Of a stretch of 64,000 nt of DNA, positions 9,824 to 18,030 are shown one piece after another (within the stretch, counting starts at the first letter, position 1; each line of letters begins with the position of its first letter). The notes below the pieces were generated by a model. It saw only the letters and a program-made list of their open reading frames with translations. It was not told the DNA's origin and did no database searches. The DNA is from Candidatus Hydrogenedentota bacterium. GTDB lineage: Bacteria; Hydrogenedentota; Hydrogenedentia; Hydrogenedentales; SLHB01. The stretch covers positions 58,251-122,250 of the forward strand of contig BTVY01000017.1 in assembly GCA_045863335.1 (NCBI GenBank), written 5' to 3'. The position numbers were made by a program, and so were the translations under genes.

Positions 9824-10728
9824 CGTTTCACGCTCTCCATTGTTGACGCAGATTGCGATACCTGTTGGATTTTCAACAAGCTTGTTGTCTCGGGGTCCGT
9901 CTCGCGCGGAACGTGGAAGAACCGCGCGCGCAACCCGTCTCCTTCCCACTCTTGAACAACCGGTCCGTCCTCGCCAAGTGGCCGCGCGGTTTGAATCCCC
10001 GAATAGGCGGTCCCATAGAACGACACCACGTCAGGGGTTGCGGCGAGGTGTTCGACAAGGTAGGTTGTGAACGAATCTCCCGATGAGATGTGTTCGACTG
10101 ATTCCACGACTCGGGCTTCGGGATGAAGCACAACCTGATGGCCAACCGCAGTATCCAGTGCCCGCTCTTCGGAAGGCACGGCCATATTCCAAAAGGACTT
10201 CCGGCTTTGCAGTCGAAGGGTGGTCAGCACGCACCCTTGCCGTGTTTCTCGGGCAATTGCCATCAGTATTCGACGGGGTTCGGGGTATGCCAGATCGGCA
10301 TAGGTGCGGACTACCGTGTGGGCGCCGACATTGTACGAATGGAAAGGGATAGATGTCGTCGCCATCGCTTCGAAATGCTCCATGCTTGCGGCCGCAGGTG
10401 CGGCTGCGTCGGATGGCGGTAACCCGCCGTACCGTTCGTCCAGACGATCGATGGCCTCCGCAGGTGAACAATCGAGGAATTGGGTCTGCGCATCCCAGGT
10501 CATCCCGCGAAAACGGAACTCCGTGCTTGTAATGCGTCGCTCTGTTTCCACCGGATTTCGCCACGCACGACTGGCGTCAGCGCTTCCGCTAAGCAAATAC
10601 ACGTCGGCAAGGGCGCGACGCGCTGCCGGGTCGCCAAGAAAGATCCCGGCCAAAGCCGCAAGCGCCACGGCCGATGCGGTCGCGAACCGCAGGATGGGGA
10701 TTCGGCTCTTCGGCGCGCGATAGCTCAT
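9820..10728 (-). CDS. Hypothetical membrane-anchored protein in Tad operon
   Basis: Overlaps both neighbours (ATGA-type coupling); N-terminal hydrophobic helix; no recognisable family motif. Confidence 0.65.
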   Translation of the reverse strand: MSYRAPKSRIPILRFATASAVALAALAGIFLGDPAARRALADVYLLSGSADASRAWRNPVETERRITSTEFRFRGMTWDAQTQFLDCSPAEAIDRLDERYGGLPPSDAAAPAAASMEHFEAMATTSIPFHSYNVGAHTVVRTYADLAYPEPRRILMAIARETRQGCVLTTLRLQSRKSFWNMAVPSEERALDTAVGHQVVLHPEARVVESVEHISSGDSFTTYLVEHLAATPDVVSFYGTAYSGIQTARPLGEDGPVVQEWEGDGLRARFFHVPRETDPETTSLLKIQQVSQSASTMESVKR

Positions 10729-11291
10729 TCCGAGGCCGGCCCCGACTCAGCTGCGGCGTTTAGCTCATCCATAAATGTACGAAATCCCTCCCACGCTTCG
10801 AGCGCGCTCTGGTGCATCTCTCCTGGCTCAACATCGTAATGATGGGGTCGCCGCTTCATCATGCGAAGCCGGGCTTGGATGCTCCGATTTTCGAAGCCAA
10901 TGGATCTCCGATACGGCGCATTGAACTGAACCGTGGCTACCACGTCGACCTCCGTGGAATTGGCATCGACTGCAGACGGACTCAGAATCTGCCCCTGCCT
11001 GCGCGGATAGTACGCTATATCCTCCTGAACGTCGCGGTCCGCGCTCTCGCTGACATCGTTATCGCCATCTTGATCCTCATACCGCGGCACTCCGGCGACC
11101 GACTCGGTGAATGCGCCATGGCGCGCAGACGCGATTGCGTTATGCACCGTAGCGGTCGATTGCAAGAGCACCCACGAAAGCATCGCGACGGGAATCAAGA
11201 AAAAGGTGGAGAATAGGATTGCTTCGATTGCAGCCGCCCCCCATCGGTCATTTTGGCTCGGAATTGCTCTCGTCGGCAAGGCCAGTCGCAT
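10725..11291 (-). CDS. TadE-like pseudopilin
   Basis: RWG|AAAIEAILF prepilin-type site with Glu at +5, followed by a hydrophobic helix. Confidence 0.7.
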   Translation of the reverse strand: MRLALPTRAIPSQNDRWGAAAIEAILFSTFFLIPVAMLSWVLLQSTATVHNAIASARHGAFTESVAGVPRYEDQDGDNDVSESADRDVQEDIAYYPRRQGQILSPSAVDANSTEVDVVATVQFNAPYRRSIGFENRSIQARLRMMKRRPHHYDVEPGEMHQSALEAWEGFRTFMDELNAAAESGPASE

Positions 11292-11292
11292 G

Positions 11293-12504
11293 TCAGTGAT
11301 AGATCCCCCGGCCCGTTGCGCCGCTCTGTTGGAGCAGCGGTGCTGTCGTTTCGTCGGACACGTCGGGCAGTTTCTTCACCCGCGTCAGCTTGATGTCCCA
11401 ATACTGTGTGGAGAGATCCCAACTGACGGGATTAAAGACTTGGGCTTGGGCTACCGTAACCGTTCCCAAATCCTGGGGTTGATCGAATCCCGACAAACGC
11501 CGGCTGAAAGGTGACAGATTTCGACTGCCGCTGCCGGCAACGAGCACAGCCGGTCTTGATTTGCCGTATGCTACTACGACGATCCCCAGTTCCTCGTAGG
11601 CGGATTCGAAGTCATACAAGGTCCAGGCCGGATCGAGATCGTCAAGGTTCTCGTAGAGGTGCACATACGCCTCCCCTTCCAAAGGACCCCTCCCCGAAAT
11701 CGCTTCGATCTTCTCGATGTTCACCCGGTCCAGCCACGCAGTAAACGGCCCTTCCCCTAAGGCGTAATCGTCTTCCCGCAAACTGTACAAATAGTGATAC
11801 CCGCGCCGGTTCGAATCGCCCGAGCCGGACTGTGAGCCGTACACCGTCGGCGATTCCCAATCCTGAGCGCCGCCCTCTCCTTCAAAGGCGGGGATATGTA
11901 GGGGGTAGGAAGAATCGGATTCGTGTGTGGGTCCCGCGATAATGGCCCCACGGGCTCCGTTCTGCCGCGCGACGTTGTCTGCCGCCTGAACGGCCGCCTT
12001 GGGTGCGCTCGCTGTAATGCTCCGGTTATCACTCATCATAGCGCTAATGGCGGAACTGCAATTTCCCGGAACTGTGTTGTTGAAGTAGCTGCTGTTATTG
12101 ATGATGAGTTCTTCCAGGTTTCGCGCCTTACGGTACTGTTCCTTCAAGGGAAACAAGTCCGGCGAATCCTCCATGGCTTCAAGAAGCTCGTTGTAGGTGG
12201 CATCATGGCTCTCGAACAAGGCCTCAGCCATGGGAACCATCGCCTCGGACAAGGATTTCAGTGCCACGAACTCCGTAATCGCCACATTATTGTCCGAAAT
12301 GGTGTTCATGCCGTCGGCGATCTCCTGAGCCGCTGCCAGACAAGCTGCGTCGGCTGCGGCCTGCATCCGCATCTTCTCGTGAAGGTTGGCGCTCATATTG
12401 AGGAAAAGCGCTAGAATGAAGACGAAACCGAAGGCCCCGAACATACCGATGAATATCAGTTGTCCTTGCTGATCCTCATGGAATCTTTGCGCCACACGGC
12501 TCAT
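11293..12504 (-). CDS. TadG-like pseudopilin/adhesin (Tad N-terminal domain)
   Basis: RFHEDQQG|QLIFIGMFG hydrophobic helix, then MQAAADAACLAAA (Tad domain motif). Confidence 0.75.
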   Translation of the reverse strand: MSRVAQRFHEDQQGQLIFIGMFGAFGFVFILALFLNMSANLHEKMRMQAAADAACLAAAQEIADGMNTISDNNVAITEFVALKSLSEAMVPMAEALFESHDATYNELLEAMEDSPDLFPLKEQYRKARNLEELIINNSSYFNNTVPGNCSSAISAMMSDNRSITASAPKAAVQAADNVARQNGARGAIIAGPTHESDSSYPLHIPAFEGEGGAQDWESPTVYGSQSGSGDSNRRGYHYLYSLREDDYALGEGPFTAWLDRVNIEKIEAISGRGPLEGEAYVHLYENLDDLDPAWTLYDFESAYEELGIVVVAYGKSRPAVLVAGSGSRNLSPFSRRLSGFDQPQDLGTVTVAQAQVFNPVSWDLSTQYWDIKLTRVKKLPDVSDETTAPLLQQSGATGRGIYH

Positions 12505-12555
12505 CGGGCCCTCCATATCCAAGATGATCTGACGACAGCCGTCCCCATGGGTCCC

Positions 12556-13296
12556 TCAGAAGTCGGACGGTTTCTCGCCGGATCCTTCGTTCATCATCAC
12601 GCAACGCGATCGAAGCACGGCGTACCCGCCCAAAGCATTCTCGCCCTGGCGCAACAGGCGGTTCGCGAACGGTAAGTTCAGGTGATATTCGTAGACCACT
12701 TCGACGACCACCGGATCGAATACGCCATAGCTGGTCCCACTCAGTACACGCACGTCCGTTTGCGCAAGCGCATTGCCATACTTGGTCCACCACATGTCAG
12801 ACCGCGCGTATTGCCCCACGACCCGCCTGCTCAGCACCGGCCCGGCGATTACTTCGATGCCTTCCGCGTAAGTGGCATTGCGACCGGATGCGTCAGCCCC
12901 CCCAACTTTCGCGGTCGTCGGTGAAACCGGGGAAACAGCAAATGCTGCCGCTTCCCGAATGATCTCCTCCTTCGCGGAAGTAAGTTCGTTACGTTCGCCG
13001 CCACTCGACTCTGGGATGACCACAATCGCGGCGCGAGCGGCATAGTACGAGCTGTATTTCACAAACTGGTACGCGTTGAGGAGCAAAAAGAACTGAACCG
13101 TGCACATGACGATCGGGAGATAAACGATGGACGTCATGGCAAAATCCAGCGATCCCGAAGCGCCGTTCTCGTCGCCAAGAAACGCGGCAAAGTTGCGACG
13201 CCTGCGCTCCGCCGAACCTCGCCGCCGCCACAACACGAGCCAAACGGCGCCCACTAGCACGACCAGCAGGTATCGGATAAAGAGAACGGCACTCAC
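12556..13296 (-). CDS. TadE-like pseudopilin with extra N-terminal TM helix
   Basis: GTG start 2 nt after the tadV stop; FLGDENG|ASGSLDFAMT...YAARAAIV TadE pattern. The track ORF 12556..13920 is over-extended. Confidence 0.72.
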   Translation of the reverse strand: MSAVLFIRYLLVVLVGAVWLVLWRRRGSAERRRRNFAAFLGDENGASGSLDFAMTSIVYLPIVMCTVQFFLLLNAYQFVKYSSYYAARAAIVVIPESSGGERNELTSAKEEIIREAAAFAVSPVSPTTAKVGGADASGRNATYAEGIEVIAGPVLSRRVVGQYARSDMWWTKYGNALAQTDVRVLSGTSYGVFDPVVVEVVYEYHLNLPFANRLLRQGENALGGYAVLRSRCVMMNEGSGEKPSDF

Positions 13297-13298
13297 GA

Positions 13299-13829
13299 TT
13301 AACCCACCAACGTCGTTTGCATTAATCCCGACTCCTCGAGGATGAGACACACCATGACTGCAAGAAAGGCGGCGAGCCCAAACGGGATCCTCGTGTTGTC
13401 CATTTCCCGTGGCGGCTGCGGGAATGCGCGCAAGAGCACCATGCTCTTCAGATTGGTCAAGACAAAGCACGATGCTTTCCATATGCCCAATCGCATTATC
13501 AGTACGAACAACACGACCACCAGGGAGAATGAAAGTGCGTAAAACAGGAAGTGCAGCAGAAACGCCGTGCCCTTGAATGCGCCCACCATCATAGCGAGCT
13601 TCACGTCGCCGCCACCGATCATCTGCCAGTACCAGAACAGAATGAGCGAGGCGAACCCAAACACCACCGCCGCGAGATTTCCCGTGAACCGGTCCCAGCC
13701 CTGCCACGCAGCCAACGCAAGCCCGAGCGCAATTCCGGTGTACGTCAAGCGATTCGCGATCTTCCCGCTGGTCGTATCCGTCCACCCGGCCCAGGCGCAA
13801 AGCCCGGACAGCACGAGATTCGGCACCAC
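13299..13829 (-). CDS. tadV: Prepilin peptidase TadV/CpaA (A24 family, no methylase domain)
   Basis: WTDTTSGKIAN and IGGGDVKL aspartyl motifs, IPFGLA C-terminus, multiple TMs; GGAG RBS before GTG13829. Confidence 0.85.
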   Translation of the reverse strand: MVPNLVLSGLCAWAGWTDTTSGKIANRLTYTGIALGLALAAWQGWDRFTGNLAAVVFGFASLILFWYWQMIGGGDVKLAMMVGAFKGTAFLLHFLFYALSFSLVVVLFVLIMRLGIWKASCFVLTNLKSMVLLRAFPQPPREMDNTRIPFGLAAFLAVMVCLILEESGLMQTTLVG

Positions 13830-13996
13830 TTTCCCACTCCCTATTCGACTTCCATCGGATCGCAGCAGCACTCAAGGCGTGGATATGCCGCCGGTAAATG
13901 CCGGCAACACGAGGTTTCATAGACGCGAAGTCGCGCCGCTTACGTGCCTAAGGCTCAGCACCCCGGAGATTCCAATCACCGGTTCAGACCCAGTGA

Positions 13997-14188
13997 TCAG
14001 GGGTCGATCGTCGTACCTTCGATCTCGCTTTCGGCATCCTGAAACCAACCGATAATACTCTGTCCGAAGTAAATGATTCCGATGATAAGCGGGATTGCGA
14101 CGAGGGCGACTATCATGATGGTGGACATTTCCGGCGCACCGGTTTCGTCATCGTGGAAGCGCTTCACAAGTGCAGCAAGTGTTGGCAT
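13997..14188 (-). CDS. flp: Flp-like major pilin 1
   Basis: 63 aa; KRFHDDETG|APEMSTIMIVALVAIPLIIGIIYFG; strong RBS AGGAGAGG; directly upstream of tadV. Confidence 0.8.
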   Translation of the reverse strand: MPTLAALVKRFHDDETGAPEMSTIMIVALVAIPLIIGIIYFGQSIIGWFQDAESEIEGTTIDP

Positions 14189-14354
14189 TCTACCTCTCCT
14201 TCTCTTAATTCCCTACTCACCCCGAAAGTCCGCGTGTAGACACGGTTTACCCACAGATCCGCAATGATAAGAAGGTACCCCTCATAGACCCCACGGGGCA
14301 CAATCACCGAACACCCAAGAGCGATGCGCGACTCCAGATACGGCAGCCGTCGCT

Positions 14355-14383
14355 AGACTAGCAGAATTCACAGTGTCCGTCAA
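14355..14383 (-). promoter_or_regulatory. Putative sigma70-type promoter for flp1-tad operon
   Basis: Minus strand TTGACG-17 nt-TAGTCT with a TGn extended -10. Confidence 0.5.
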
Positions 14384-14434
14384 CGGGGTTTCAAGCGTCA
14401 GGTTGAAGCGAAATGGCACCCTTGGCTCCTAACA

Positions 14435-14605
14435 TCACTCCATCGACGCGGCGCCTTTCAGCCATCCCAATATACGTCGGCCAAAAAGGATTAACCCAAT
14501 GACGAGTGGAATCGCGACGAGTGCAACGATCAAAATGGTAGACATTTCCGGAGCGCCTGTTTCGTCGCGGTGAAAGCGCCGAAATACTATCGCGAGGGTA
14601 TTCAT
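14435..14605 (-). CDS. flp: Flp-like pilin 2 (56 aa, absent from ORF track)
   Basis: Hand translation: MNTLAIVFRRFHRDETGAPEMSTILIVALVAIPLVIGLILFGRRILGWLKGAASME*. Clear paralogue of 13997..14188; GAGGA upstream. Confidence 0.8.
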   Translation of the reverse strand: MNTLAIVFRRFHRDETGAPEMSTILIVALVAIPLVIGLILFGRRILGWLKGAASME

Positions 14606-15271
14606 CGTCCCCGTCCTCGACTAGTCCCGCCGGAAACTTGCCAATCCCACTCGTAACACGAAAGAATCCAGGCCAACCATTAGCGTTAGAAGAATGAATC
14701 GTAACTCTTTCCATTTTCGCACGTCGCCACCAAACGCGCCAAGTACGATCACTGCTGGAAACTACCAGAACCAGCACCGCGAATCAATACCGCCCGTGTC
14801 CGGTCTTGCCCAATCTGTGCGATCGACGGAACTTCACGGGCACGAATTCCAGGGCCAAGTCCGGCGGCGGGGTCGGGCAGTCGGCACGGCGGTTGGGGAT
14901 TCCGTAGGTAGCATCCGCACGAGCCCCGAATTTCCCTTCGGAATGAGGTGCGAGGAAATAGGGTCACGTCGCATCTGTCGGCCATTCGGCTGGGCGTTCG
15001 AATTAGCGGTGAACTCCTCCAACTTGCGTAAACGGAATAGCCGTGCCCTTGACAACCGATTGAATCGGGCGGGTGTCCAGGCTGTCTACAACGAGCGAAA
15101 ATTGAGTATTCAGGACAGGTGGCTAAGAGATGTGGCACTTTGTGTGCCACTTTTCTTGATGAACATGCGTACCATCGCGTAGCATGTGGTGCAGAGTTGA
15201 AGAACGCCAAGTGGTTGGCGCTGCGCTCATTGCCTGGAATTCAGCGGGTTACACGGGATCTCGATCCCGGC

Positions 15272-15316
15272 CTCATAACCCAAAGGTCGCAGGTTCGAAT
15301 CCTGCCCCCGCTACCA
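15272..15316 (+). mobile_element. 3' half of tRNA-Met(CAT, initiator-like), probable att junction of an integrative element
   Basis: CTCATAACCCAAAGGTCGCAGGTTCGAATCCTGCCCCCGCTACCA covers anticodon loop to CCA. Upstream sequence cannot form the D-arm, 5' acceptor strand or 5' anticodon stem. Confidence 0.75.
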
Positions 15317-15327
15317 TGTGTCTTATA

Positions 15328-15372
15328 CGGCTGGACTTACGTAAAGCGAAAGTCCAGCCGTTTTTTATTTTT
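15328..15372 (+). terminator. Rho-independent terminator after tRNA fragment
   Basis: CGGCTGGACTT...AAGTCCAGCCG 11-bp stem followed by TTTTTTATTTTT. Confidence 0.8.
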
Positions 15373-15536
15373 GTAGCACACGCTGAATTCGTCAGGGCAT
15401 TAGGTCGTTAGCGTGAAAGGCAAAGTGGTCGTCATACCTAATGTCGGCGGGACCTGGGTCACTGCGAGAAGACAAGGGGCATGACCTCTGAAAAGCGGTC
15501 CGCTTTTCGGGGCCTTCAATGCGTTATCTGCGCATA

Positions 15537-17780
15537 TCAAATCCCATCTGAGTCCTTTACCGCGAAGTAGAAACCCCATCCGCCCCCAAGCTGGTCAATT
15601 TTGAGTAGTACGGAGTTCGTGCCTTTCTTAAGAGCCAGGCTCACCGTTTCGTCACCGGGTCGCGCGGTACGACTAGCCTTCGAAGCCAGAAGCAAATCAC
15701 CGTTCAACCACAACTTGACGCCGTCGTTTGACCCTAGCTCCACGGTCATCTCGGTGTCCGCGTCGGCCTCATACTCACGATATGCGTAGGCAACGCCTTC
15801 CTCGACACCCGGCATGAGTTCCGTCAGATCAACGTAGCCGATACGGCCGTTCTTAGTGACGGTCCATCGCAACTCCCGTCCACCAATGCCGGCGCACGTC
15901 ATTTCGGTACGGAATTCCTTCTCCGGCGGGTAGGCCGTGTCGAATCCGCTACGGTCCAGGTTGTCGAATGGACCCATGATCTGCCAATCCGTGACGTATG
16001 TGGGCGCGTTTGCAGCGCTCTGGATGAATTCCGCGATTTCGTCCTTATCGCCCTGTTCACTCAACTGGGTGATTTCGTGTTCTTCGACGATGCGTGCGAA
16101 CGCTTCAAGCACTATCGGCATTTCTGAGGGGTCGAGATACGCGGTACCCCCTATGGTGAAGAAGTAGAGTCGCGTGTAGTGAATCGGTAGGTGGGCGAGT
16201 TCCACACGTTTCAGCAAGGCCGCATCTCCCTGGCACGCCGCTTCCGCCCTGCGAAACAGGTCTTCGGCGCGCTCCAGAAACTCGGGGGTGAGAAACTCCA
16301 TCTCGTACGGCGGCGAGAAGATGCTGAACTTTATCTCCTTCGGTTTGACGGCGTCGTGGGCCATTCGTATGTACTCGGCGATATAAGGAGCCGCCGGCCC
16401 GTAGACATTCTCAACGTACTCGTTGATCAAGGACCATCCATCTTGACGGGGATCCCACATGAGTTGCGCGAAGACCCAGGCGCGCAAGCTCGAAAACTCG
16501 CCGCCGCCATGGGCGCGGACGTTATTGCCCTGCGCGAACAGGCCGATGCAGTTCCGATCTGCGTAGAAACGCGGATGGTTTACGACGGATTCGAAATTCG
16601 GATAAGGAACGAGATAATGGCGCAAATCCGTGAAGTAGTCCCAGATCGTGATGGAGTCCGTAATCTTGCTCCACCTTTCGAGTCGCTCCACAAAGGGCAG
16701 ATGATCGTGGCACTGCCCGATGGCGTGGGCTTGACAGTACTCATAGTGGCACAATCGAACGGTTACGTTCGGACGGGGCCGAATAGTCTTCGGGGGCGCC
16801 TCTGAGTAGACGTACGCGAAGGTTTGCAGGCGTACGTCCGGGTGCCGCTCGGCAACGACGTCGGCAATCTGGTTCACGAAATGCAGGATGGTTCCTGCGT
16901 GACTTTCTTCGGCCGCATCGAGCGCCGCACAGGACTCGCACTCGCAGTACCCGTACCCGTCGTTCTGGTCTACGGAAAACACGTTCACTTCAGGATGCTC
17001 CGCGATCCAGTTCAAAACGCTGTCCGTGGCGATCCGCACCACCTCCGGGTTGGTCAGGCATAGTTGCGCTCCGGTGTGTTTTCCCTGCCGCTCTCCGTCC
17101 ACCAATGAGAAGTATTCGGGGTGTTCCTCGAAGTAGCGATCGACCGGCACCAGGTTGTTGAATGTGTGCGCAAAGGGATAGATGATGAAACTGCCGCCCT
17201 TGTCTTCGGGGATTGGAACCATGGACGGATTCAGCCGGTTATGCACGGCGAACTCTGTATCGTAGGCTTCCCGGTACCACGGTTCACGGTACGCGAAAGC
17301 GGGGGATTGACGATCGGGCAGTCCGTCCACCTGCAGAGTCGGCTGTTTCGGAATCTTCGAGAACATTGGGGTATACCAACGGCAGCCGAAGTGGTCGCGG
17401 AGCAAGCCCACCACCCCGTACAACGTCCCTCGTGGGGCCCCTCCCGCGACAAGCAGCGCGTCGCCAACGCGCTGGATGATGTACTCTTCCGGGCCGAAGG
17501 ACGCCGGGGTCAAATCGCCGAGCACCGCCGGTGGCACGTCCTGGAAACCGACGTAGATCACCTTCGCACCGGCGGCGACGGTCTGGACGATAGGCAGCTC
17601 GCAGTCGCTGATCTGCGCGATGTACTTCTGGAGTTCCCGCGCGGCAAACTGCTCCGTCTCGGTCGCTACGGTCGACGCATGAATCACGTAGTCGCTTTGT
17701 CCATTCTCCACGAGTTGCGCCGAGGTGCAAAGGCCGGTCGCCCACAAAAGAACTGCGAGGCATGTGGATTTAGATTTCAT
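15537..17780 (-). CDS. Secreted DUF4838-type glycoside-hydrolase-like protein with C-terminal carbohydrate-binding-like domain
   Basis: Signal peptide; RGTLYGV..LL...GCRWY, HTF..LVP..RYFEEHPEYF, QLCLTNPEV, QNDG.GYCEC..C; C-terminal WQIMGPF...GSNDGVKLWLNG. Confidence 0.7.
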   Translation of the reverse strand: MKSKSTCLAVLLWATGLCTSAQLVENGQSDYVIHASTVATETEQFAARELQKYIAQISDCELPIVQTVAAGAKVIYVGFQDVPPAVLGDLTPASFGPEEYIIQRVGDALLVAGGAPRGTLYGVVGLLRDHFGCRWYTPMFSKIPKQPTLQVDGLPDRQSPAFAYREPWYREAYDTEFAVHNRLNPSMVPIPEDKGGSFIIYPFAHTFNNLVPVDRYFEEHPEYFSLVDGERQGKHTGAQLCLTNPEVVRIATDSVLNWIAEHPEVNVFSVDQNDGYGYCECESCAALDAAEESHAGTILHFVNQIADVVAERHPDVRLQTFAYVYSEAPPKTIRPRPNVTVRLCHYEYCQAHAIGQCHDHLPFVERLERWSKITDSITIWDYFTDLRHYLVPYPNFESVVNHPRFYADRNCIGLFAQGNNVRAHGGGEFSSLRAWVFAQLMWDPRQDGWSLINEYVENVYGPAAPYIAEYIRMAHDAVKPKEIKFSIFSPPYEMEFLTPEFLERAEDLFRRAEAACQGDAALLKRVELAHLPIHYTRLYFFTIGGTAYLDPSEMPIVLEAFARIVEEHEITQLSEQGDKDEIAEFIQSAANAPTYVTDWQIMGPFDNLDRSGFDTAYPPEKEFRTEMTCAGIGGRELRWTVTKNGRIGYVDLTELMPGVEEGVAYAYREYEADADTEMTVELGSNDGVKLWLNGDLLLASKASRTARPGDETVSLALKKGTNSVLLKIDQLGGGWGFYFAVKDSDGI

Positions 17781-18030
17781 TGGTCCCCCTGATAAAACGT
17801 CGTGTATGTGGGCAAGCCACGATACAAGCTACTCCTGGTGAGCCAAGTATACGATCCCAGCCGGCGCAGGCTGCAAACATCCAATGACCGCGTGGCGGCG
17901 CCGCGAAGAATGACCGGACCCGGTGGTTTCAGCTACACTAGGTACGTTGATCGAAACACGGTCGCATCAGGTGCGGGAATGTTGGATTCTGCGTTCGTTG
18001 CGGCTTTAGCTGCCGGGAGTTATCGACGCC

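Noticed and set aside
13297-13920. 454-aa TadE ORF extension overlapping tadV
   Set aside because: Alternate frame over the prepilin peptidase with an Arg-rich, non-protein-like translation. GTG13296 directly after the tadV stop is the better start.
14200-14270. c-di-GMP-I riboswitch in the flp leader (GGTAAACC-like stretch)
   Set aside because: The GAAA tetraloop/receptor and GCAAAG elements of the consensus were not found in the right arrangement.
15133-15149. Sigma54 promoter (TGGCAC-N5-GTGC, readable on both strands)
   Set aside because: The -12 element is GTGC rather than TTGC and no gene start is suitably placed. An integrase arm-type repeat near the att site is the simpler reading.
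14606-15260. ORFs 14391..14777, 14694..15182, 14749..15210 or an integrase remnant
   Set aside because: No recognisable motifs (no tyrosine-recombinase R-H-R-Y residues), mutually overlapping frames, and one overlaps the real flp2.
15241-15316. Intact tRNA-Met gene
   Set aside because: No D-arm, no 5' acceptor strand, and the 5' anticodon stem (CCGGC) does not pair with CCCAA. Only the 3' half is present.
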